Part shown: one piece after another, positions 36,616 to 46,900 of the stretch
Layout of the letters: each line of letters opens with the position of its first letter
Numbering within the stretch: the first letter of the stretch is position 1
DNA from: Flavobacteriaceae bacterium
Lineage (GTDB): Bacteria; Bacteroidota; Bacteroidia; UKL13-3
NCBI GenBank assembly: GCA_025363675.1
Contig: JANYDJ010000160.1
Location: 1-58,970 of the forward strand
Length of the DNA stretch: 58,970 nucleotides
Direction of reading: 5' to 3'
Notes under the pieces: model-generated
Database searches by the model: none
The model's input: the letters and a program-made list of their open reading frames with translations, nothing else
Told to the model about the DNA's origin: nothing
Program-made: the position numbers and the translations under genes

Positions 36616-37497
36616 GTGAAACGTTTGCTCATTATATTATACATGCTATTTGCCGCAAGCACAAGCATACTGGCCCAACAAGATACCGCAGAAGAAGTAG
36701 AATTCGATGAAGATTTGCAGGACTCCCTAAACAGTGCAAAAGAAGACAGGCCGCACTTAATTTGGGATATCAATTATCTTTCAGATATTGTATACAATGG
36801 CCGTAGGCTAGACTCTTTGCCACAATGGGGAATTAATTTATCTCTTAAGTATCAAATGAAACATGGGTTTAATATCATGTACGATGGTGCTATATGGAGC
36901 GATGCTGTGAAACCCTATTCACTCACAAATTTTGGAATAGAAAAAGTATTTACTGTTAGCGATAATTTTGAAATTTCTACATCTTTTAACCGCTTTTTTT
37001 ATACCAATGGAACCAATGCGGAAAAAAACTATTTCAACAAAAGTGTAGACGCCTCGGCGGGATATTCACTGGGCAATTTTTATTTAGGATGGTACAGTTC
37101 TTTTATGTGGGGCACCGCCAAAACTTTTTATCACAGTCCGTCCATCGCCTGGACTTATGAAAAATGGCTGGGAAATAAAAACCATGTGAAATGGAAACTG
37201 GTGCCAGAGCTCAATGCAAGCTATGGTAGAGGCGATGCCGCAGCTCGTGCAATTAATATAAAAACTACCAAAGCTAAAGCAGCAAAAAAGAAACCCAATG
37301 GGAAACCAGCACTAAGCAAAGATGCGGTATATGTAGGGGTATTATGTTATACGGTTAATCTGGAAAACGACTTTATATATAATGATCATACTTTTTCACT
37401 TTTATTATCCGCCAATAAACCTATAGGCCCCTCAACAAATGGCAAGTGGTTATATTATTTTGGACTGGAGTGGAAAAAGAATATATATTTTAAATAA
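36616..37497 (+). CDS. Putative outer-membrane beta-barrel protein (hypothetical)
   Basis: 293 aa with a GTG start 15 bp after the synthase stop. It has signal peptide MKRLLIILYMLFAASTSILAQ, alternating aromatic/Gly strands and a C-terminal ...LEWKKNIYFK. Confidence 0.7.
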   Translation: MKRLLIILYMLFAASTSILAQQDTAEEVEFDEDLQDSLNSAKEDRPHLIWDINYLSDIVYNGRRLDSLPQWGINLSLKYQMKHGFNIMYDGAIWSDAVKPYSLTNFGIEKVFTVSDNFEISTSFNRFFYTNGTNAEKNYFNKSVDASAGYSLGNFYLGWYSSFMWGTAKTFYHSPSIAWTYEKWLGNKNHVKWKLVPELNASYGRGDAAARAINIKTTKAKAAKKKPNGKPALSKDAVYVGVLCYTVNLENDFIYNDHTFSLLLSANKPIGPSTNGKWLYYFGLEWKKNIYFK

Positions 37498-37609
37498 CAC
37501 GTGTTTTGAGGCAACTAAATGGCCTGATGTTGTGTCATATTTTTAGGGAAGTAAAATAAAATTTGAGAAATCACGTTTTACTGTTACTAATCCAAATTTT
37601 AATTAATTT

Positions 37610-39664
37610 ATGTGGTACAAAAAAATACTTTTTGTGGGGATGTCGCTTTGTTTCAACCTCTCCCAATCTCAAATGGTTTCCAACAAATTTCGAGTAAACT
37701 TTAAGGTTGACGAATATATAATTGACGATGATGATAAGCGAACGTTAGACGAATTAGTTGGCGAAGTAACGTTGGAAAAATATTGTGAAATGACGCTATC
37801 AGCTCATACCGACAATGATGCTGATGATAACTATAATATTAACCTATCCATGCGAAGAGCAAAATCGGTATATGATTATTTGGTGTCGAAAGGTGTGAAT
37901 GAAAAAGTAATGGATATTGGTTGGTATGGTGAACGCAAGCCAGAAGTAGCGAATATTACAGAAGAAGCCAAAGCAGCCAATAGACGAGTAGATATAGAAG
38001 TAAGGAAATATAAATTTACAACAACAGACGAACTGTTAAAAGAAACAGGAGGGAATTATACACAAATATTTAAGTTGAAAGGAGCGTCAGAAAGCATAGT
38101 TACAGGTATGGAGGGAACAAAAATTACTATTCCACAGGACGCATTTGAAACTAAGGACGGGAAAGCAATTTCTAATGATAAGGTTGAGATTAAACTAGAA
38201 GAATATCAGAAACCCATGGACGCTATTTTTAATAATTTGTCTACGATGTGCGACGGGAAAATTTTAGAAAGTGGTGGCATGTTTCGAGTAACAGCAAATT
38301 ATAATGGCGAACCACTAAAAGTTAGAAAGGGCAAAACATTACCTGTAGAAATGCCATCAAAGAACATGAAAAAAGATATGCAACTGTTTTATGGCAATGC
38401 TAACGAAAACAAAATAATTACCTGGAAGAATGCTAATATTCCGTTTTCGCAAAAGAAACTAACTAAAGTACAATTACCTTCAGTTAAATTGAAAGAAGAT
38501 TATTTACGAACCCTAGTTCAAGAAGTTAATATAGTAAAGGGTATTAAATTTCAAATGTCTAATCAAGTTCCAAATATTTCTCAAGTTCCACGTATTCCTC
38601 GAAAACCAAAAAAATATACAGAGGTTACAGCATCTGATATCTTAACAAATTTCCAACAAAAACTATATCCTAAAATTTTAGAGGAAAAAATAATAGCAAA
38701 AGAAAACAAAAGAAGAAAAGATATCTATGAAAAAAGAATGGAGAGGTATGAACGAAAAATGAGAGCCTATTTTATGGCATTGGAAAAATATAGAAATGAT
38801 AGCACTTCATATGAGGCCGCAATGGAAAGTACTCGTAATTGGATAAGTGCTGAAATAAATAAAAACGAAATTTTTATAGAGGAAATAGATAGAAGACTAT
38901 TCAATCAATCTTTACAAGGGCTTTTGGCTGCAAATAAAAATAATAAATTAAATATGTCTAATCCCGAACGCTATCTATTTAATCAAAAAATAAACCTAGG
39001 AGTTCAGGGTAAGATTCAATATTATAAATCACGAGTTTCAATCTTGAATTGGATGATGATGTTAACCAATGAAGAGTTATGTAAATTATCATTGAGAAAT
39101 GAAATTAACTATGATTGGGAAAGAGTTCGCGTCGCATATGAAAAATTTAGAATGGGCATAAGATTTAATAAAGTGGATGAATATCATACCAATCGTTTTT
39201 CTAAGAAATTATTACTCACAGATTCCTTGCTTAAAAAAGTTTTTGCCGACTATTATTTAGTGTATAATGCTAATGCTAAAAAATCTGGAATAAAAGACGA
39301 ACCCGAAGCTAAAAATATATATAATACTTTTTTGTCGGATATTGGATACATAAATTGTGATAGATTTGCAAGTGTCCCTCCTACATCAATGTTCACCATT
39401 CAATTGAAGGCTTCCAAAACAGCAAGAACTTATTGTTATATAAAGGAAATGAACAGTATGATATATCCAGTAATTGATAGCAATGATGTTTCTAATTTTA
39501 GATTACCCAAAGGAACAAAAGTTGAATTAATAGTTGTAGATTGGATGGATAAAATGCCAATATTTGAAATGATTCAGCACAATGTAGTTAAACAAGAAAT
39601 GATAGAAAGTAATGCAAAACCAGTTTCTTTAAAGGAAATTCAATATCTATTGGCATTGTTGTAG
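37610..39664 (+). CDS. OmpA-domain protein with N-terminal peptidoglycan-binding domain and long unknown C-terminal region
   Basis: 684 aa. An OmpA-like motif (LSAHTDNDADDNYNINLSMRRAKSV...NRRVDIEV) lies directly after the signal peptide. The middle contains a K/E/R-rich helical stretch. Confidence 0.85.
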   Translation: MWYKKILFVGMSLCFNLSQSQMVSNKFRVNFKVDEYIIDDDDKRTLDELVGEVTLEKYCEMTLSAHTDNDADDNYNINLSMRRAKSVYDYLVSKGVNEKVMDIGWYGERKPEVANITEEAKAANRRVDIEVRKYKFTTTDELLKETGGNYTQIFKLKGASESIVTGMEGTKITIPQDAFETKDGKAISNDKVEIKLEEYQKPMDAIFNNLSTMCDGKILESGGMFRVTANYNGEPLKVRKGKTLPVEMPSKNMKKDMQLFYGNANENKIITWKNANIPFSQKKLTKVQLPSVKLKEDYLRTLVQEVNIVKGIKFQMSNQVPNISQVPRIPRKPKKYTEVTASDILTNFQQKLYPKILEEKIIAKENKRRKDIYEKRMERYERKMRAYFMALEKYRNDSTSYEAAMESTRNWISAEINKNEIFIEEIDRRLFNQSLQGLLAANKNNKLNMSNPERYLFNQKINLGVQGKIQYYKSRVSILNWMMMLTNEELCKLSLRNEINYDWERVRVAYEKFRMGIRFNKVDEYHTNRFSKKLLLTDSLLKKVFADYYLVYNANAKKSGIKDEPEAKNIYNTFLSDIGYINCDRFASVPPTSMFTIQLKASKTARTYCYIKEMNSMIYPVIDSNDVSNFRLPKGTKVELIVVDWMDKMPIFEMIQHNVVKQEMIESNAKPVSLKEIQYLLALL

Positions 39665-39666
39665 TA

Positions 39667-40236
39667 TTACATTCCCAATCTCCGCCCCATTATCCCCGCA
39701 ACCTTTTCATACAACTGCAAAGGCGTCATTGTTCGCCAACCAAGCGTATCTAGTTCCCCGCCAAAGTTTATATAATAGTCGATATTGGCCTGCTGGAATT
39801 CTTGTAATACATGTTCTCTAAAATTGATGGCAACCACCCACCCATTTTCTACTTCCTGAAACCATTCTTCATAATAGCAATCGTCGCTGCTGTGGAAGTT
39901 CAATACATTCTCTCCAATTAATATATATTTATCAATGCCCGCGTCCATCAGTGTTTCTATCACTTCGCGTTTTAGCCACATAATATCATTGTTCACGGCA
40001 TCATTCCATTCTCCAATAAATTCTATCACCGCAAAGCCAGTATCATAATCTGCCATCAGCAATTTCATATATAAAGTGCTCGAACCAAACTCGTCCCACT
40101 GCGGATGAATTACATAATTGTATATTTTATTATGATACTCAAACTCACTATGCTCCCGCCCATAAAACGGCGACTGTGCATCGCTCTCGCTCTGGTAGTA
40201 TTGTCGCCAGTTATAGTAGGGTTCAAGGTCGTGCAT
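39667..40236 (-). CDS. Hypothetical cytoplasmic protein (189 aa)
   Basis: Clean ATG ORF, acidic and aromatic-rich, with no motif I can name. Confidence 0.7.
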   Translation of the reverse strand: MHDLEPYYNWRQYYQSESDAQSPFYGREHSEFEYHNKIYNYVIHPQWDEFGSSTLYMKLLMADYDTGFAVIEFIGEWNDAVNNDIMWLKREVIETLMDAGIDKYILIGENVLNFHSSDDCYYEEWFQEVENGWVVAINFREHVLQEFQQANIDYYINFGGELDTLGWRTMTPLQLYEKVAGIMGRRLGM

Positions 40237-40248
40237 GGTGCAAAGATA

Positions 40249-40450
40249 GGGGACGGGGTTCGGGATTCAGGGTCTGATGTGTCAATGCTGGATTGTTTCG
40301 ACTTATTCAAATAAGAAAAGAATAACGAACAAGGATTACCGTTTGCCGCAGCGAATTGATTTTAGAAGTATAATACTTCGTTTGTTTATCACACTCTAGC
40401 GGCAGCAAATTTGGCGAAAGCAACCCCGATTCCCGAATCCTGAATCCCCA
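40249..40450. repeat. Inverted G-rich/C-rich arms with 7-nt periodicity flanking a 144-bp spacer in a divergent intergenic region
   Basis: The left arm is GGGGACG GGGTTCG GGATTCA GGGTCTG (40249-40276). The right arm is CAACCCC GATTCCC GAATCCT GAATCCC CA (40421-40450). Confidence 0.7.
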
Positions 40451-40466
40451 TCCTATATTTGCATCT

Positions 40467-40937
40467 GTGAAAAAAGCACTTCTATTATATCTCCTATTTA
40501 TTTCTGCTCTTGCCTTTGGTCAGAAAAATGATTCTTTGCTGAAAGCAGATAGTATGCTAAAAGTGATACATGCTATTCAAAATCAATATAAAAATAACAA
40601 CGCTCTTCCCTATACCAAATGCCCTTTAGAAATTCGTTTCGACCCTTACGATTCGGTGGCTGGCTATATATTATTATATGATACCAATAATATTATTTAC
40701 TTAAGGGTTGATATATATTATCCCCAATATCACCACCTCATTTATGAAGCATGCGATTGGTCGAAGCAAAAATTCACTGCTTATTTATATACCAAGAATG
40801 GCAGTAAATTAAATAGTTTTACCGTGCTGAACCCTCCTCAAAATGGCCAAATTGGAAATGTGGGGCCCTTTAAAGATTTGAGGAAAATGAAAAAAAGTAA
40901 ACGTACCCGTTCTTCAAAGAAGAAAACAAAACAGTAA
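40467..40937 (+). CDS. Secreted hypothetical protein with basic C-terminal tail
   Basis: 156 aa with a GTG start, signal peptide MKKALLLYLLFISALAFGQ and the tail KMKKSKRTRSSKKKTKQ. Confidence 0.65.
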   Translation: MKKALLLYLLFISALAFGQKNDSLLKADSMLKVIHAIQNQYKNNNALPYTKCPLEIRFDPYDSVAGYILLYDTNNIIYLRVDIYYPQYHHLIYEACDWSKQKFTAYLYTKNGSKLNSFTVLNPPQNGQIGNVGPFKDLRKMKKSKRTRSSKKKTKQ

Positions 40938-40959
40938 TTTTATTATACAGCACCCACCC

Positions 40960-43900
40960 TTATCTGCTGATAGAAATTTTGATAGGTTTTCCCAACTGCG
41001 GGGCCTGCATTATATATATTCCACTTGGCAGCAATGATACATCAATTTGTGATGAGCCATAGTGGTTCATTTGATATACCGTTCTACCCGATAAGTCTGT
41101 AATCGTTACCAAGGCTGCTGCACTAGTGGGCATGGTGAGTGTAAGCATATTACTTGCGGGCTGTGGAAAGACAGTGATTGGTTTTTGTTCATTAAAATTA
41201 ATATAACAAATAGTACTATATATTTCCTCATTGTAATTGTGGGCTTTTATCCGATAATACAATCCATTTTGTTGTAATAGTTCGCTGCTCAATATATAAT
41301 TATAGTTGTATTTATTTGTATATTTTAATGCGTGTATAACAGCCTGCTGTTCGATAGGGCTAAAATGAGAACCATCGGACGATTGTTCCACTATAAATTC
41401 ATGTTCGTCGGCACTCAATACACATTCCCAATTTAAAAATATTTCTTTGTTAACTTTCCTTCCCGATATACTTAACCATTCCACTGGCAGTGCTTCAAAG
41501 TTCGCATCGCCACTATCGCTGGCCGCAAAAACTGAAAAGCTATTAAAAGGCCCTGCGGCAATATAGTTTCTAATAGAATCGCATGTTCCTGTATTTTTTT
41601 GAAGTACCCAAGGTGCTGTTGGGCTATCATTTTTCTTGGCCATCAGCAACCTTCTCTCGCTATTATATTTTACTGACCCTATAAGTGCTGAATCGTAATA
41701 CAGTTTAATATTATAAGTAAAGCCACTTCCACCTGTGGGTAATAATTGCCAAAAACAATTCATATATTTTGCATTGGGCCGTGTACCATTTTGGGTATTG
41801 TTGGGCGGTGTAACGCCTGTATAATATTTCACATCTACTGATGAAGGCACAGTGCCGGTGCCGCCCCACGACAGGGTGGCAATAGTATCGTCGCCCCATA
41901 TATAAGTGGTGGTGGTGTTAAGTGCGGGGCTTCCATTAGCAGTAGCAGTGGGTGGCGTAGCAGTGGGTGTAAACTCATCCGACCCGATATCGGTGCCATA
42001 GCCATAAATTATGCCTCTTGCATCGCCTGTAAAATCACTATTTATATTTCCGCTTGCACTTCCTGCAATGCCTTTTCCATTAACAAACCAACAATGTGTG
42101 CTACTTACTTTAATAGATAAAATTCCACTGGTTGCATTCGTAAACAGGCTGTCAACAGGCACGTTGGCAGAGGAGGTAGCCCATGAGTTAAGGTCTAAAT
42201 AGGTGGAAGTTATATAACTACTGAATGTGGTATAATTGATGGCATTATATAGAAATTTATTGGTTCCACTATATACGAAAAAATTATGATCACTGTTTAA
42301 TAGGTTGGTACTTGCTCCGTGGTATATCGATAAACCATTGCCCCTGCTATAATAAAATAAATTGTTCTTTACCGTCACACCGTTTCCATATCCATTATCA
42401 CGATAACAAAAATCTACATTAGTTCCCCCCGCTCTGGTACCAGCAATTACAACTGAATTATAATATATCACTGAAGTGCCCGGGCTGGTGTTTATATCAT
42501 AAATACCACCAAGCTGGCTATATCCTCCGCTTGCAGCACTGTTGTCTAAATATATTTGGTTATTATAGGTTTCTTTGGTTCCCGAAGTTTGAAGCACCAT
42601 GGCCGTAGCTTCTGCTCCCGTAGTAGCGGTTACCGCATTGCTTATATCATAGATTCTGTTTTTAATTATTTTTGATGTGCCACCTGTATTAGATAGATAA
42701 ACACCACATACCCGCAATTGGTTGGTACCCGTTGCAGTTCCGCGAATAGCATATATCGTATTCCCATTTATAAGTTGGTTATGATTGGGAGCACTCACAT
42801 TCATTGCTGTGAGATTATATTGTATACCATTATAGGTGGTGGGAGATGAAATATCATGAATTATATTATTATATATACTATCATTGGAACTGCCATTGTG
42901 CGTTGCAGACACATTTGCAAGAGCTTTAAAATAGGGATTGGCCGTGCTGCTGGTAGAGGGTACTAAAATATTAGCGATAGTATTAGAAGAGATACTAATA
43001 TTTTGATTTACTACGGAACTATAATTTATTGCTACAAATTGTGAAGTGGTGGACGAACTGCTTCCCCCAACCGTAATACTATTGGCGGTAGTTGCATGAC
43101 CAATTGTATTGCCATTACCTAAAGAATTACCAATGATATGTTTGCCAGCGGCAGCATTAATTCCTATAAAAATGGGTGTGGCACCTGCACCATTCATATT
43201 TATATTTTGTATAGTATTGTTATATGTATAACAATAATTGTTGGTATCAATTCCACTATTATAATAAATACCATAAAAATTTGCAGAAGTATTAGAAAGG
43301 GTTAACGCTGAGCCACCGCATGAAGCAGCACCGCCGCCAATATAATTTCCACTTATTACAAAACTATCTGCATCATCTAACTGTATACCATATAGGGTAG
43401 CACCAACTAGGGTAGCGGTATCATATATACTATTTCCGCTTATTACATTTCCTGTAGTGGTGCCACTATAATATATACCTGCTGTGGTCCAATTAAAAAT
43501 TTCGTTGTTTGCAAGGTTTACATAACTGGCACCTCGTTGTAAAAATCCATAACTGGGAAAATTGGTGGTTCCACCTGTTGGACTCCTCATTTGGTTCGAT
43601 GATATATATACCCTGTTTGTGCCGCTAACATCGGCATATACTATTGCATTGTTGGCCTGTGTGGTATTGCATTCTATTATACAGTTTCTAAGTGTATCAG
43701 CAGTGGCACCATTGGTGAACATAATGGTAGCATGAGCCGAAGAAGCCGTGGAATGGGTGTTTCTAAATTTTAATTTCTTATTTCCGCCATCAATAATTAC
43801 CCGATCGGCACCATCTATTCTAATCATTTTATTAGCCAGATTTGCACTGTTTGCAATGGTTCTTAAAGTACCATCACTCTGAATAGTTAAGGTATAAGTA

Positions 43901-46900
43901 TTGTTCCCATCATCTATGAATTGGTTAATCGCATTGGTTCCATCTTCCGATAAATCACTTATAACAGTAGCTGTTACATTTCCACTCACCGCATTGTTAT
44001 TTACAAAATTGAAAAAGCCACTTGCCCCAGTTAACGTAGTATAAGTTTGACCCGTGCCTATATTATAATTTCCGCTAATGCCCGATACAATTTTATATGC
44101 AGTGTATTTACTGGGTGCCGTGGTTTGCGATGTTGGATTGCTATGGCTGGCACCGTAGAACGAGCTGTACCATACATTGCCACTAATACTATCCATGGCT
44201 ACTATATAATATGCAAACGAATCGCCCACTGCAGGTGTGATACTATTGCCTGCATAATCGATAGTAAAATTATATATTGCATTATTCGCATTTCCGCTCA
44301 CAAAAGTCCCCACTTTGCTAAACCAACTACTTGTTGATGGATAAGACCTACGCCACCATATACGCGGGGCATTGCCGCCTGGGTTCATTACAATTCCATT
44401 GCCTTGGTCGGTAATGGCAACAGCAAGCGTTCTGTTGGATGTAAGGCTGGTAGAAACAAAATTGGTGAACGAAAAATTAGGAACATATATATCATCGCTG
44501 GTGCCAAAACTATAAGTACCCGCATCTGCTCCAATATCGGTGGGTGTATTAGCACTTAATAACTCTTCTTCAAAATCCACAGTAGATATGCCCAATGCCA
44601 CGCCCATCGCCTCGGCCGAGGTGGTGCTTTGGATATGCATATCCACACAACAAGATCCATTATCAGGCGAAACCAAATCAGGATCGCCAACACCACTGTG
44701 CAAGTCATTAATAATAGGTGTGGTGTTATTATACATCACTTCTCTAAATGCTTTAATAGTAGTATATGCATTGGTCGAGGCCATAAATAATTGCCCACCA
44801 CTTGCCACACTGCTGCTATAATATATATTATAATCGCTGGTGAGCCCCGTTGGGTTGGTACCACTAATTCTGCACACCGTGTGCACACCGCTGCCTCCCA
44901 AACCATTGGAGCGGCTATTTACAAAGATATTGTTTTTTACAGCACGGGTATTAACGGTAACAGAGCTAATAAATGCATAAGTAACTGCACTGCTTGATAC
45001 ACTTACACTACCCCCTACCCACACAGTATGGTGATAGAAATTATTGGTGCCGGCACTTTCATTAATACCATATAATATACAATTTAATCCCACATCGAGA
45101 CCCGATGGTAATTTTCCCATTTGAACAACATTATAATAATAATTAGTAGTACCGCCTGCTGCACTGATACCTGTGACAGTGGCGGTGGTGCTTGTTGACA
45201 CAATAGAAAAAGAATATATATTGTTTTTAGCCACCGCACACCCTGTTGCAGTATTAAAATTACAATAAATGCCCGCAACACTTATTGCCTGGCTTGGTGC
45301 ACTCTCGTATAAATCGTGTATGGCATTTCCCGAGATAGTATCATTATTACCTGTATTGATTGCGGAAATACCAATAAGAGCTGCTAATGCACCAGTACCT
45401 GTTGACCGTGAAGAGCAATAAAAAGTTTCTACTATATTATTTTTTACAGAATAAGACCCGCTCCCCGAAATTAAAATACCTGTAAGGATATTACTGATAC
45501 CCGTATTGCTGTTAGTAATTCCATACATATAATTATTATAAATAGTATGTTGCCCCGAAGCAGAATTGGTAGCATGTATTCCATAAGTAGCATTGTTTGC
45601 AGCACTATTGATAGCATTGCTTAAAGTGGCCCCTCCAAAAATATTGTCTGACACGGTCATTACACCACTGCTTCCTTGCAGCCACACACCTTTCAAAATC
45701 CCGGTGCTGCTTGTGAGAGAAATTCCGCTGATTGTATTATATTGAATGGTTGAATTTCCCAAAGTAGTTCCTGTACTAAATGCAATAGCAGAAAATACTG
45801 CTGAGACATTGCTCAAACTCATACTCAAACTATTTGTAGTATAGTATTCTCCTATATTATTTCCTGTAGTGGTGCCCACATCAAAAGCCCCCGCCACCAG
45901 CGACATAGCTGACTGGGTAGTGGAAGCCGAACTTGAGGTAAATGATATATTTTTAATTACATTGCCTTGAATGCTCGTGTTGGTTCCCGTAGCAACAGAC
46001 AATCTAAAACCCCTAAGCACCCCCGAACCAGTATAGGTGCAAGCAGAACCACCGCAAGAAGCACTGGTGCCTCCCACATAATTATTACTTATTATAAAAC
46101 CATTCCCACTGGCACTGCCATTAATCCTAATAGACGATACTTCATTGCTGGCACCCGAGAGACTTCTGGAAGATGTTTGATAAAAACTATTGCCGTTAAA
46201 TGTCCAGGTAGAAGCCGAGCCATTTGTATATAAATATATTCCCGCTTGATCGGAACCTGCTGAAAAATAATCGAATATTTCTGAATTAACGATACTCACA
46301 TAGTCAGTAGTAGTAGTGCTGTTCACTGCAGTAATACAGCACACAGGAAGATTGCTACCTGAGGGTCCAATTTTACAAGAACTAATATAACAATAGTCAT
46401 TGCCAGTGGAGCCACTCCCTTGATCGAAAGTTACCACACCGGTACCGGCGGTATTGGTACACGATCCTTTTATAGTGGTATTGCGAATGGTATCATAAGT
46501 AGCATCGTTGCTAAAAGTAAAAGCAGTAGCCGAAGTGCCCGTACTGGGGTTGTCGATTGTGAGCTTATTGCCTCCGGTATTAAGTCCATCTATTACTACT
46601 TTGTCGCCTCCATTTATTTGTATAAGTGGGGCGTTCAAACTACTTGCGGTTATACTTCTTGCACTGCCACCGCTTGGACTAATAGTTAAACGAGTCCACA
46701 TTCCTGCTGCTCCAGTAATAGAAATGGTGGCCGCCTCGGTGGTATTTCCTGTTACTGAGATGGAGATATTATTGCCGCTTTGGCTGTTGGTATTCACACA
46801 ATCACAAGCTGCTTTAAGTGTGGTGTAAGTAGTATTGCAACTGCTGGAGCCGCTAACCGATATCTGTGCTTGCACTGCAAAAGCAGTATGAAATACTATG

